This document shows, piece by piece, positions 12,607-24,816 of a stretch of DNA of 64,000 nucleotides. Location: the NCBI RefSeq assembly GCF_004010195.1, contig NC_057719.1, positions 24,994,750 through 25,058,749 on the forward strand, written 5' to 3'. Origin of the DNA: Chiloscyllium plagiosum. Its lineage: Eukaryota. Position 1 is the stretch's first letter. The number at the start of each line of letters is the position of its first letter. The notes below the pieces were generated by a model that searched no databases, had not been told where the DNA came from, and saw only the letters and a list, made by a program, of their open reading frames with translations. The translations under genes were made by a program, and so were the position numbers.

Positions 12607-12819
12607 GTGAGTGGTGCATGTTTTGTGGTTTAATGTTTTGACTTGATGTTGACTTTCATGGCAGTAATTGGTTTCCCCTCTTTCTCTTAACACCACCCTC
12701 CCCCTCTCCAACCAGTCCCGACCCCCTTGAAATAACCTGTACACTTTCACAACAGTTGAGAAATCTGGAATATTTATAATCAGTTGGCCTCTGCATACGA
12801 TTACATATATTTTCATTTT

Positions 12820-13375
12820 TATATAGGTTTGCTTGCTGAGCTGGAAAGTTCGTTTTCAGAAGTTTCATTACCATACTAGGTAACATTATCAGTGAGCCTC
12901 CGGATGAAACACTGGTGACATGGCCCACTTTGTTTGTGTTTAGGTTTCCTTGGGTTGGTGATGTCACTTCTTGTGGTGATGCCATTTCCTCACTAGTATC
13001 CTAACATACAGATGAGGAAGGACACCACTTCAACTGGGACAACGCATCCATCCTAGGACAAGCCGAACAGACATGCTTGAGAATTCCTAGAAGCATGGCA
13101 TTCCAACCAGAACTCTATCAACAAACACATTGACTTGGATTCCATTTACCACCCCTGAGAAAAAGAACAGGAAATAACATCACCACAGGAAATGATGTCA
13201 CCAACCCAAGGAAACCTAAACACAAATCGAAAGCAGGCCATGCTACCAGTGCTTCATCCGGAAGCTCACTGATGATGTTACCTAGTCTGGTGATGAAACG
13301 TCTGAAAACTAACCTTCCAGCGAGCAAACCTACATCCAGAACCTCAACCTGAGCTACAAATCTTAAAACTCGCTA
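12820..13375 (+). mobile_element. PLE 3' end (family E): endonuclease C-terminal remnant plus pLTR, with inverted pLTR in front
   Basis: HTDEEGHHFNWDNASILGQA..EFLEAWHSNQNSINKHIDL (end of a GIY-YIG domain); inverted arm 12824-12990; TSD ATATTTTCATTTT at 12807-12819 and 13376-13388. Confidence 0.85.
13266..13305 (+). ncRNA. Minimal type I hammerhead ribozyme motif (near intact)
   Basis: TCA-CTGATGA-T-GTTACC-tagtct-GGTGAT-GAAAC-GTC-TGA; stem I TCA/TGA; G10.1-U11.1 wobble replaces G-C. Confidence 0.7.
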
Positions 13376-14180
13376 ATATTTTCATTTTCTAATTTCATCT
13401 TCGTGCCATTTATGACCCAACCAATCAGCATCCAGTTTTCATGTTATATAAATTGGTGTCCCTTTCTCAAATTTGTTTCTTGTTCCTAGTCCTGATGAAT
13501 GAAAACTGAAAAGCTTTAACTTTGTATCCAGTTTTGACAATGTTTAAGTTTTAGTTTCATTTTAATAAAGATCATTTTCGGATACTCGCCTCCAGCATAA
13601 TTCAGGAATGCACTGAAGGTAAAATCTTTGGGTTGCGTTGGCCCATTGGATTATATGTGTTGTACATCTTTTGTTTGTACCCCGGAAGACCGTTTTTTTT
13701 CAAATTGTATAATAACATTCTTAAATAATACACATTTCTAAGTTTGAAATTTTAGTTTTATGGAAGTGATTCAAGTAAACTGGCTTTTTTTCTTGGGTTT
13801 TTCTTTTGACTCTATAACAATTCAGCTCGCATATCCAGTTTGGATCACAAGGTTTCATGAAAATTCTACTGTCTTATGAGTGGATTTAAAGAAATGAGAG
13901 ACAACTCTGAGTAAGAGAGAAGCTGATACCATTAAATTAATAAAGGTATCTGTTAGACCCAAGTCTATAAGAGTTGTATAGCCTCTCAACATCTTCCGTA
14001 CTGTGGTTGATATGTAAATGGTAACCATTTGGGTGAGGCATTGCTGTAGAATTTGGGGGCAAAGTACATCTTGACATTTTAAGAATGTTTGCTACCCATG
14101 TTTCTGTTCCTGTATGGAATGTCTATAAACACAGAAATTGTTTCAAAGTATTTACTAAATAAATGAATATTACTTTACAG

Positions 14181-14359
14181 TCCCTCCATTGAATATGGTA
14201 AAAGATATGATCAGACGTCTACAGGAACTGAGACACACTGATCAGGTCCAGCGTGCATATGCATTGAATTGTGGAGAAGGAGCAACTGTTAGCTACGAAA
14301 TTCAGATTCGTGTGTTGAGGGAATTTAACCTCCCCGATGCTGCTGTTGAGCTGCTTCAG
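14181..14359 (+). CDS. BTBD7: BTBD7 coding exon
   Basis: ctttacag|TC..CAG|gtatgt; 179 nt; KDMIRRLQELRHTDQVQRAYALNCGEGATVSYEIQIRVLREF...ELLQ. Confidence 0.96.
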
Positions 14360-14724
14360 GTATGTGAAATGTTACTGGCCCTAGAAATGTAATTGATAAG
14401 TGGAGACTAAAACTGATTTAAGATTCTACTTTATATTTCACAAGCTACAAATAAGCTTTCAGAAAACTATTAAGCAATATCTTGCATAGTTTCTGTTTTG
14501 ACCAAAGCAGTTTGCTGCAATATATCTAGCTAGGCAAAATTTACTAAATTGTTTAGGCTGCACTTAAAATTATTAATCTGCAGCGTAGAGATTTTTCTGT
14601 TAATACTCCCTACAGTTTTTTATATATAAGCAGTAGATGTTTGTATAGTATTCTACATAGACCTTTTAATAAATATAGGTATGGAAGGAAAGCTCTGATA
14701 ATGAATTATGTTTACTTCCCATAG

Positions 14725-15108
14725 AATCCTCATAAATTCTTTCCTCATGAACGATTTGGTGATGAGAGTCCACTGCTGGGTCTTCGGCAGCACAACCATT
14801 GTAGAATAAACAGCTCATCAGCTGTAGAATATGGTGATATTGAACCCTGTGCAGCATTCCATCCAACGTTACCACCACCTCCGCCACCATATCACCCTCC
14901 TGCTCCCCCAGTTCATGAAAAGCACAAAGTAGACTGGAGGCAGAGACTGCCAGGCCAGTTGTCATCTCGCTCCTTGTCATACCCTTGTAACCGTTCTCTG
15001 CTATACCCTATGCTAGCTTCGAGGCCTGTTTATCCATCTGGTGGTAAAGGAATGCCTCCTGATTGCACCAATTCTTCTGGATTGGTTCGGATAGCACCAG
15101 AGCCGACG
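14725..15108 (+). CDS. BTBD7: BTBD7 penultimate coding exon (Pro-rich)
   Basis: ttcccatag|AAT..ACG|gtaagt; 384 nt; NPHKFFPHERFGDESPLL...LPPPPPPYHPP...PPDCT. Confidence 0.95.
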
Positions 15109-16194
15109 GTAAGTTCTGACTTCCAAATATTAGATCAGTAATAAAATATGTAAGAGTTTATGCCTTTCCTTACAATTTTTGGCCTAGATCTTGGAATCTA
15201 AAATGGGGTATTAATATATTTCTAATGAGAGTTCATTTTAATCTGAGTTATTGACGAACAGCCAATGACCTCAGTGCTTTTCTTTCCTCCTTGAGACTTC
15301 CATAGCAGATAGTTAATTGATGCTGTTGTTGTTCAATAAATCAAGTATTTATTTCCAACTAGGCAAAACCAGCCTAATTTGTTTCCTAAGGTTACATTTA
15401 GCAGTGCTACAAAAGCATTAATTTTTCATGATTCAAATAAACAGTGAACTTGAGACTGATTTTTGAATATTCTGGGTCCCAATGCGAGTGTTTTTGAATA
15501 TTCTGGGTCCCATTTTTATACCAATACTACAGATTTCTGTAAATTCAGTAGTATTGCAGAGTGAATTTACAGACTTGTGAATGGATTGTTCAAACTGTGC
15601 TTCCATGAAGTGAAGCTACATGCTAGATGCCACATCCTGTTTGATCACCTGATTTTAATTTTAATTTTTCTTGTGTTCTTATGCTGTGGTCAAAGAAAAT
15701 TGTTCCAGTGCCTTTGAGAAAATGTATTAAGACGTTAACATGACCTGTAGGCAAGGTCCCTACTTTAATAATGAAACATTCTCAACTCTGCAGAATTGGC
15801 TGTAACTGATCTCTTTTCAAAACATGTATTTTTTTTTTAAAACAAGAATTCAGTTGTTTTATTGCAAATGACTATTTGCCTTGAGAGAATTGTTTCTCTT
15901 ATTGGATTGAGAACATTAATGTGATCTCAGTCCAGACATCAGTTTTGATTGTAAGAGTAGGAAAACATGAGAATGTTGTCCAGGGAACTCTGCTAATGAT
16001 TAGCTGAGAATGTTTAGTTTCCATTGTTGTATTAAAACTTTTCCATAAAAGTTTTAATAAGATTTTATATTTAATCTAATTTTTAAAAAGTATTTTGCAT
16101 GCTGGTAAGTATCTGACAAATTATGTTAAACAGTCTGGTTTATAAAGCTGTGGATCTGGAAACTTTATAAATGTCTTTCTTTAAATTCTCCTAG

Positions 16195-17010
16195 AATACT
16201 GAAGGTACATTAAATGAACTAATGCCAGACATTGCAATGGGTGTGACATCCTTAAGTAATCTATCACTGAAGGATAGAAGGTTTCCAGAACTGAGTCTGA
16301 ATGCTGAAATAAACCAAATGGTTTCAGATTCGGCATCATTTCCACGTCCTGCTCCGTATATACACAATAGACATACACACAGTACGAGGAGGAAACCTGA
16401 GCTGAAACTGGAATCTCGGGAAGGCCTTCCGGAGTATCCAGATCTGTATGACTTCTCTTCCAGTACAGCTTACCGATCATACACTCCAGGAACCAGTAGG
16501 CGTACACCAGCTTCTGCACAAGGAACATTTTTGGGTCCAGACTTGTACAGTCACAATAGGCTAGCAGCAGCAAGTTTCAAAATGACCTCACTTTGCAACG
16601 TAACCTCGAGTAAACCAGAAGAACCAAGGAGAGAATACTTGCTGCCTCCTGAAGTTCATCAGCCACGACCTAGTGACCCACCGTACTTTGATTTCTTGGA
16701 GCAACCTCCACACAGATTGGACTTGGCTCTGTTACAAGAGTCTAGTGGAGGATCTCTGCATACTAGAAGTAGAGGTTTAATGGAGACAGATCTGACTTGT
16801 GGCCTAACAGCAAGTCGAGCTTTGCATGTGCCTTGCAGTTCTGAGAATCATGAGGCCAGCTGCAATAGAAGGTCAGCTGATGGTGGTATGCTGGAGCCAG
16901 GAGTCAGTATCCAGCCTTACAGAAATATTCAGCATAGAGAAGATACATTAAGCCGAGAAAGGAGATCACCAAGCAGACCTGACCTTCCATACAAAAAATC
17001 TGCTCTTTAA
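16195..17010 (+). CDS. BTBD7: BTBD7 last coding exon
   Basis: ttctcctag|AAT; in frame with ORF 16222-17010; LNELMPDIAMGV...EYPDLYDFS...GPDLYSHN...RRSPSRPDLPYKKSAL*. Confidence 0.96.
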   Translation, partial: NTEGTLNELMPDIAMGVTSLSNLSLKDRRFPELSLNAEINQMVSDSASFPRPAPYIHNRHTHSTRRKPELKLESREGLPEYPDLYDFSSSTAYRSYTPGTSRRTPASAQGTFLGPDLYSHNRLAAASFKMTSLCNVTSSKPEEPRREYLLPPEVHQPRPSDPPYFDFLEQPPHRLDLALLQESSGGSLHTRSRGLMETDLTCGLTASRALHVPCSSENHEASCNRRSADGGMLEPGVSIQPYRNIQHREDTLSRERRSPSRPDLPYKKSAL

Positions 17011-18559
17011 TGACGACTGTAATCTAGTCTGTTTTCTTCAGCGATGACTCCATTATTAACTTTGCTTTCATAAAGTTTTGTATATATAACATTTCTACCT
17101 TGATCTGAACTATTTCTAGATGGTTTTCTATGACTTTTGTGATATCTTGGAAGACCATGTCTTGCACCAGTATTTTCATTCTTTCTAATGTTTAAATAGT
17201 CTGCTTAATCGAGTTTACCATTTTGAGAAAAAAAATGCTTGATCTGTTACCTCCTTTTTACAGGTTTGTTTAAAAATGTGTATTTTGCGTATTGAATTAA
17301 GGTTGTGTGATATTTAATGGTGAGCTGTATGTCTGATACCAGTTGATGTATTTTCTCATTTTTGAGAAAGTTTATAGTCTTATTTAGAATGGATGGTATT
17401 CTTTTAAAGTATATTCTAGGCATTGGAATACACTTAAAGGGAAGATTATCTGTATTCCATTGGTCCACTGCCTGTATTGAGAGAGAGCACAGATCCTAGT
17501 CAATCTGAATCCGTTGTCTTAATCTTGGGACAATCAGATTGCTGTGACAATCGGTTTATAAGATTAATGTTTTAATATTTGGAGAGAAGCTGAATCCCAA
17601 AGGCAGAAATCCTAGCAACATAGATAAAGTAGCTAGAGTTCCATCCAAAACTGCTGCCATATCTTTTGCCTCATGTTGATCAGTGGCAGGATATGTGAAA
17701 CCTCTTTGGCCTTTCTCCTCCTCATTTGATTAGGCAGCTGCTTCTGAAAGTTTTGGATGTTGGTCTCTAAAATAGTGTACTTTGAAGTATTTGAATCAAT
17801 CAACTAATTGGAGGGAAAAGTTAGAATCTGAGATCTATGTTATGATTTTAAAATTATTATATTTCCCCTTGCTGCATCCAGGTAGACTTTGCATATTGCA
17901 CACATTTGGGCAATATGCACTCCCTTGTTGAGGGACTTTTCTGTTGCCCAGCATGTGGTCAGCTTCAGGTCTCAATTCCCAAGTGAGTCACATCCAGCGT
18001 TTTTCTCAGTTTTCACAGGGTTCTAATCTGTTTGAAGGGGAAAGTGTTATGCTAACCCTAGAGACAAGAAAGTATGTAGGGAGTTAAAATTATTCATTTT
18101 AGTTGTAGAAAATCTATGGATTCAAAGAAAAATTGCATATGGAAACTTTAAGTAGCCAACAAGCTCCATAGAACTATTGTTTTAGAACAAGTGGATTGTG
18201 GTAGGTTTTAAACTTTTTTATTTATAGTATAAAACTGGATTGACAGTTGTGCATGTTTATTTTTCACTTTTTTATGTTCTTACTGTTCAGTATTTGTATT
18301 TTTGTTTGCATGGATGATCAGGATTAGAAGTAAAATGAGAGGAGATAGGTTAGTGTGAATGAATGAATAACTGCCAGTTTCCAGTGCAAAGCATGAGTGA
18401 TAGAAAAACTGATCTCTTCACTGCTACTATGCAATCTAATCATCTGTCTTTAGTGGTACTGCAATCAAAATGATAGATTTAAAATATAATCATGAAGGTT
18501 CGTTCCTGATGAGCAACTTTAAATGAATTTCAGCTTTTGCAGAACTCCCTGCTCTGAGC

Positions 18560-18897
18560 TATCAAGTCGTAAGATTCGCTTTTCACTCCAGAGACGAGCA
18601 TAAAATTGAGGAGCTCTGGGTGAGGTATTAGAGAGGCCTTGCTTGATTTCTCAGGTGGAGATAAAAGATCCTAAGGTACTATTTTGAAGAGCAGCAGGGG
18701 AATTCTCCCTAGTATCCTGACCAATATTTATTCCCAATTCAACATCACAAAATAAATTCTTCAGATAACATTGCGTTGTTCCTTGTGGAGCCTTGCTGAA
18801 TGCAAATTGACTGCTGTAATTCCTACATTACAGCAATGGCTGCACTTCAAAAGTACTTCATTAGCTTAGGGATGTCCTGAGGTTATGAAAGGCACAA
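18560..18897 (+). mobile_element. Deu-domain SINE (SacSINE1/AmnSINE-like), old
   Basis: Deu-core-like AAAAGATCC..TACTATTTTGAAGAGCAG..GGGAATTCTCC..TCCTGACCAATATTTA and TGCAAATTGACTGCTG..CCTACATTACAGC, recognised from memory of the family. Confidence 0.65.
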
Positions 18898-19796
18898 CAG
18901 AATTTTATTTTTGTTCCCCAAGGTGCATGGAGATATTGCTTTCAGGGAAAGGGGTAAAATAATCTGGTCTGTCTCATTACACTAGGCAGGTGTATTGTTT
19001 CCAGATGTACCTGAACTTGAAATGAGATTTTACTGGATTAAGCAAATGCTTGAAAAATTTGAGCAAAACTAAACTCTTTACAAGAAATTGTTGCTTCTGC
19101 TCAGCAATTTTTCAAATGATTGTTCAAAATTGTAAAATTGTTATATGCCTGGAATCTGTCTCATTCTTTTTAAATGTAGGATAATCTGTGTAACTGTCCC
19201 AGTATACAGCACAGTATCTCAAAGCTGCCTGACTTGCTGCTACTTTTTTATATTGTTCTGATGAGCTGTATATCATCTTTGCTTTCCCCACTCCCCAACA
19301 AATGCATGCTCTTAAATTGCAGTGATTTACCAATTTAACTTTGGTTGAATGTTAGACCTGTACAAAATCTTGGAATCTGTTTAAAGATGAGGTTCTGGTG
19401 TTTGATAGCAAAAGATTTCAAAAACTTGCATTGTTAGTGTTAATCCTTTCATAATTTGTTTTTGATTCTTCTGATCGAAGCTGTTACTGGGATACAGTGA
19501 AGTGCCTTCCATCCTAAAGGCTCAAGTATCAGTAATGTTGATCAAATGTCCTATGCAAGTGTTTTCTACAAACTGCATAACCATCTTTGTAGATTCTACT
19601 ATGCTTCAGTGTATATAATGTTTTTAAAGAGACTATTTTTATTTTAGCATCTTAGTAAGATTCTTATTGCTTAATAAGATGCATCTCCCTATCAAGTACC
19701 ATGGTAGTTGTACAGAATCTGATCTATTTTTCTACTATTCTGGGAGGGGAAGAAAAAGCATGTAACAAATTCTACATTGCCATAAGTGGTGTTTCA

Positions 19797-19802
19797 AATA
19801 AA
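19797..19802 (+). promoter_or_regulatory. Candidate BTBD7 polyadenylation signal AATAAA
   Basis: AATAAA 2.8 kb after the stop codon. Another lies at ~18751; usage unknown. Confidence 0.3.
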
Positions 19803-21497
19803 TGGTCTATAGAATGTTTCACTCATTTTTAAATTGTAAAACTGGTATATAATATGCAACTTCCAGTTTTAAATTAATGTGCTGCAGAGTGGTTTACCAC
19901 GAGAATCAAAAATTACACTGATTCCTTGAAATCATAATCACTCAAGTCCCATGGATGCCTAGTGATATGCATAAAAGTCTAACCAAGATCTATTGTGCAA
20001 CCCAAAGCACATATCACCATTAAACTTCCACCTTAAAACTAATGCCGATATTCAGCTGTACATAAAGTTCAGCTCAAATGATCACTTTAGCTTCCATAAA
20101 GTTAGTGTGCTTAAGTATCTCCCCCATCTAAACACCCTCCATTAACGTTCCCCTTTCAGCTCAGCTCTGTCTTAATGTCTGTTTACTCTTATTTGTATTT
20201 GCAAGGTAGAATTTCTTCTAAAAACGAACCATTCTTCAAATTCCCCTCCTCATTTTTCTTGTACCTTGTTCAGACATATACATTTCTCCCCAAATGCCAA
20301 ACAGTCCTTTTAAAAAGTGTTACTCAGGGCTTTCTCGAAATCCAGCATTCAGGAATGACACAAGTAATTCAGGTATTAAAATGATAGAATTGGGTTTCAT
20401 AATAATCAGTTAATTTGTAAAGTAACCAAATTTTATTGGCTTATCTGTTCTCATAGCAAATATTTAAAGATTAATTACAAAATAGATCAGCTATGATCTT
20501 TCAGTCAACTTTACAGATTTGAAGTTGTAGAAGCTGCATTAGAGTTTAAACAGTGTATATTGATGCAAAGCAATTTAAACAATGCAAAAGCCAAATCCAT
20601 GTTTCAATTATAACCTGTACAGATAATGGAAACAAAATGCATTTAAACTAAGCACTTGTTATAGCTTAAATACAAAGTTGTTCAGGTGAAGACCAAACAA
20701 GATCCAGGATTTCCACTTGACATCCATGTTGGTTTTCAGTCTCTACAGGTAGGTAATAGTATATCTAGATTCTCCTTTATAACTTGATAAAGCACATACA
20801 AAATGGGATGTTGGCATCTAGTTTATTTTAAAAGCCAAAATGAAACAAACATTTTCTGAACCAGAAGGATTTAGTGGTTGGTTCATAACAGCAGGAAACA
20901 ATCTTTTGATTGCTGGATTTGCTTGCACCACCACCATACTCAAAAGGATTCTATCCAATATTAACAAGTCTTTTGTAAATAATACACATCAATTTTAGCC
21001 TGCTGAATTATCCCTCTCAGCAACAGTTAAGTAAACCTTTAGACAAAATTAGATAAGTTGAGGTTTGCATATCATTTCATATTCAACATCTACCATGCTG
21101 CAGCTGTCAAAGCTTACAAAGGAGCTATCCAGATAAGCTATGCTTTGGGCAGGAGTACAGAGATAACCCAAGGAATGGGTCCAGTCATGTTAACTGGTCA
21201 TGTTCTAATTGTCATGTTTATTATGGGCAACACTGTTTAAAAAGTTTAAAATACATTGTAGAAGCCATTAATTTCAATTATGCAGTCCAGTTATGCATAG
21301 CTGGATATTGTTCCTCTCTACAAAATGTGCACCAGTACCTGCATTAAATTCTCTAACGCTGCTGCATATTGAACAAATTTCTCTGCTGCCTTTGTGAACT
21401 TCATATGAAACACTGGCAAAAGAAAAAAAATGGGGTCAACTAATTTTAATTGTTATTGAAAAATCATTTTAGATCTGAGCAATTAATGTTTTCAGCT

Positions 21498-21590
21498 TTA
21501 ACTGCAAAAGTACTGCATTCCATCCACCCGCCGTCGCTTCTTTGACTGGAGCTCTTCAAAGAAGTGCTGTATATCTTCACTTGTGACCAC
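21498..21590 (-). CDS. UBR7: UBR7 exon 11 (last coding)
   Basis: caatag|GTG..TAA; VVTSEDIQHFFEELQSKKRRRVDGMQYFCS*. Confidence 0.97.
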   Translation of the reverse strand: MVTSEDIQHFFEELQSKKRRRVDGMQYFCS

Positions 21591-22254
21591 CTATTGGATG
21601 TAAAATAGGACTGATTTAAAATTAAACTCGAAACAAAGTTGTCAGCTTTTGAAGTTAGGACAGCATTAATATTTTTAGTTTGACAATTGTTTCTCCACTA
21701 TGAGACTAATCATGTTTAGATGCTTTTCCAGTTGTGTTATGCAGCAACTCAGACTTTCTCTGCAGCCTAGGACTGCTTCAAAACATCGTGGCACTTTGCA
21801 ATTCTGATTTGTAACTTCGAGGTTTCCCATTGAAAAATATGGATCAGAAGAGGGGTTCAAAACTGAAAACAAAATTGAAGCTAAATTGTAATTTCCAGCA
21901 AATTGAGAAGGTACTACCTCCAGCTTGGTTAGTTTCAGTAAAAGTATGAATTGTGCCCTTAAGTGACTTAAACCTACCCCTGTCACAAAGCAAACATGTT
22001 GGTCCAGCAAATACTGTTTACTCGAATCCTCTTGTAGTGAGGTGTAGCTTTGGCTACACCTGAAATAGTGTTGTGATCCAAGAAGGAAACACTCAAACAT
22101 TCACCAGACACATTCTACAAGGAGAGTAGAAGAGACTGTGCCCTAGAATAGTGGTTCCCAACCTTTCTAGTACTGAGGCACACTTTAACATTTTAAAAAA
22201 ATTAGTGGGGGGGACTGGATGTGGGTTGCTCTGCCAAAGATTATTCTGGCTTCA

Positions 22255-22464
22255 ACATTCCCACCTCAGGCAAATGACTGTGTGGAGTTTGCACATTCTC
22301 CCCGTGTCTGTGTCGGTTTCCTCCCACAGTCCAAAAATGTGCAGGTTAGGTGAATTGACCATGCTAAATTGCCCATAGTGTCAGGGGCAGGGGTAAATGT
22401 AGGGGAATGGATCTGGGTGGACTCGTTGGGCCAAAGGGCCTGTTTCCACACTAATCTAATCTAA
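22255..22464 (+). mobile_element. HE1-type V-SINE, 5'-truncated
   Basis: V-domain, CR1-like tail and AATCT repeats as in 11324-11648. Confidence 0.8.
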
Positions 22465-22622
22465 AAAAAACATGAACAGGCTGCAGAGTAATAATAGCAT
22501 CTTGGTGGAAGTTATTTATTAGAACTTAAGGGGTATTAAAATAACTTTTTCTTTACACTAAACAGGAACTACATTTGCAAACAATGAACTGACACTGAAG
22601 TTTCTAGTGTAACTGCCACAGT

Positions 22623-23250
22623 AGTTAAAAATCACAACACCAAGTTATAGTCCAACAGGTTTATTTGGAAGTGCTAGCTTTCAAAGTGCTGTTCACCAGG
22701 TCGTTGTGGAGCAGAATCATAAGACAAGATTTATAACAACAGGACTGCAGTGTCATGGAATGTAATACTAAACAAATTTAAATTGTCTTTCATCTTTTAG
22801 AATGATCATGTTAGTTTGTTCTTTCAGATGTAAATCCTAGATTTTTTTTTAAAAAACTTACATTCTCAAGCTTTACCAGTAGGTTAAAGTGCAAGTACTT
22901 TGACATGAGCTCATGGCTCGGAACTGTGTCTAAATATTTATTGTGCCAAATGATGGAGGTGAAGTTAAAAATCACAGGTTATAGTCCAACAGGTTTCTTT
23001 GGAAGCATTCTCTTTCAAAGTACTGCTTCTTCAGGTGATTGCGAAGCAGAATCATGAGGATTTTTAGCAACTGGGTTGCAGTGTCATGGAATATAATTTA
23101 GATTGTCTTTAGAATTATCTTGTTAGCTTCTGTTCCTTATGTAAATCCCAAAAGTTTGTTTTTAAAAAGTTACATTCTCAAGATAGCTTTAATAGGTGCC
23201 ATCTCAGCTCAGATAATGCATTGAAGGTGTGAGGTTAAACTCTGTCTCAA
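22623..23250 (-). mobile_element. Two tandem PLE pLTR fragments (family D)
   Basis: 22623-22880 and 22962-23250 both start AGTTAAAAATCACA and match the reverse complement of 42600-42930. Confidence 0.75.
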
Positions 23251-23279
23251 CCGGGACCTTGGGTTCATGTCACACCACA

Positions 23280-23545
23280 GATACACATACACACAGACTC
23301 AAACTGGTCTGTGCTGACCAAAATGTCCATCCGTGCTAACCCCACTTCCCTGCATCTGCGCCAGATCCTTCTAAACCGTTCCTATCCATGTATTTGCCCA
23401 AATGCCTTTTTAGACCTTATTAATGACCCCACCACAACCACTTCTGCTGGCAGCTCATTCCATATGCATATCAACTGGTGTAGTTTTAAAAAAAAGTTGA
23501 TCCTCTGGTTCCATTTTATTCTTTCCCCTCTAACCTTAAAAATAT
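23280..23545 (-). mobile_element. CR1 3' end fragment
   Basis: FKVRGERIKWNQRINFF..WNELPAEVV..KKAFG on the - strand. Confidence 0.75.
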
Positions 23546-24419
23546 CATTTAAAATTTGAGGCATTTGAAGAACCGGCCACTAAATGAATAGGTCACAGCA
23601 GGACATCAATCAAGCAAGCAGAAATCAGTTTAGGATAAAGTTACAAGGAGCCAAGTTTTGGATTTAATAAAGGTAGGAGTCAAAAAGAAACTGACAGAGA
23701 AAGAAATTTGAAAGAGGGAATCTTTGGGAAGTTTTTAAAGTTCAAAGCCAAAGTAGTACAATGAGGGTGAGCAGTATGAAGTTGCTTCAGCCTTAACAAC
23801 CCTGGTGTGCAAGGAATGGTGATATTTTCTGTTATTTCATTTATGTCTTGCATTTATACTCATGTAAAAATGCAACCAGTTGCGAGTTGGAGTAATGTCC
23901 ACTGAGTGGTAGGGCGATGAAGCTATTGATGGTTTCAGTCAGAATTATTTTTCCATCATTATTGGCTTCATGCTGGGTAGAGGCCTCTAGACTATCCTTG
24001 GGCAATCAGGATTGAGGGGGGTCAGACAGGAAAGGCTCAGTGGGACAGCACAGGGCCTGATTTCAGAATGGTAAAGACCAAGGACTAGACTAGAATAACC
24101 TTTTAAAACAAAGGGATACACATTAAATGTATCATGGTATGTCATTGAGGCAGTCACCAACTAGCAGACAGTATCTATGGCAACAAATACACAATAGCCT
24201 CTTGAATGTATGAATAGCTTTCTTCCTGCCTTACCAGGAGATACAGAAATCTCATCCATTACTGGTGTGAACTTAGAGATACCCCACCTCTAATAGCAGG
24301 ATCTGATCACTTATAGGTGGTCATGTAGCCACGGTGAAATTGATAACCCGATTTCAGACATCACCTTTTATTGCCAAGAATTCAGGGAGGAAAAAAAAAC
24401 CCACCTTGAGGATCTGAGC

Positions 24420-24816
24420 TGCAGGGAGAGGCTGAGGGGTGACCTTATAGAGGTTTACAAAATTGAGGGGCATGGATAGGATAAATAGACAAAGTCTTTT
24501 CCCTGGGGTCGGGGAGTCCAGAACTTGAGGGCATAGGTTTAGGGTGAGGGGGGGAAGATATAAGAGAGACCTAAGGGATAACTTTGTCATGCAGAGGATG
24601 GTACATGTATGGAATGAGCTGCCAGAGGATGTGGTGGAGGCTGGTACAATTGCAACATTTAAGAGGCATTTGGATGGGTATATGAATAGGAAGGGTTTGG
24701 AGGGATATGGGCCGGGTGCTGGCAGGTGGGACTAGATTGGGTTGGGATATCTGGTCGGCATGGACGGGTTGGACCGAAGGGTCTGTTTCTATGCTATACA
24801 TCTCTATGACTCTATG
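24420..24816 (+). mobile_element. Young CR1 LINE 3' end
   Basis: RLRGDLIEVYKI..RYKRDLRDNFVMQRMVHVWNELPEDVVEAGTIATFKRHLDGYMN; tail shared with HE1 SINEs; ends in CTCTATGA repeats. Confidence 0.9.

Noticed and set aside
16181..16573. 130-aa antisense ORF (also 14666-14980)
   Set aside because: Shadow of BTBD7 coding exons.
22150..22200. hAT-like terminal sequence (AGTGGTTCCCAACCTT)
   Set aside because: No clear partner TIR or 8-bp TSD found.
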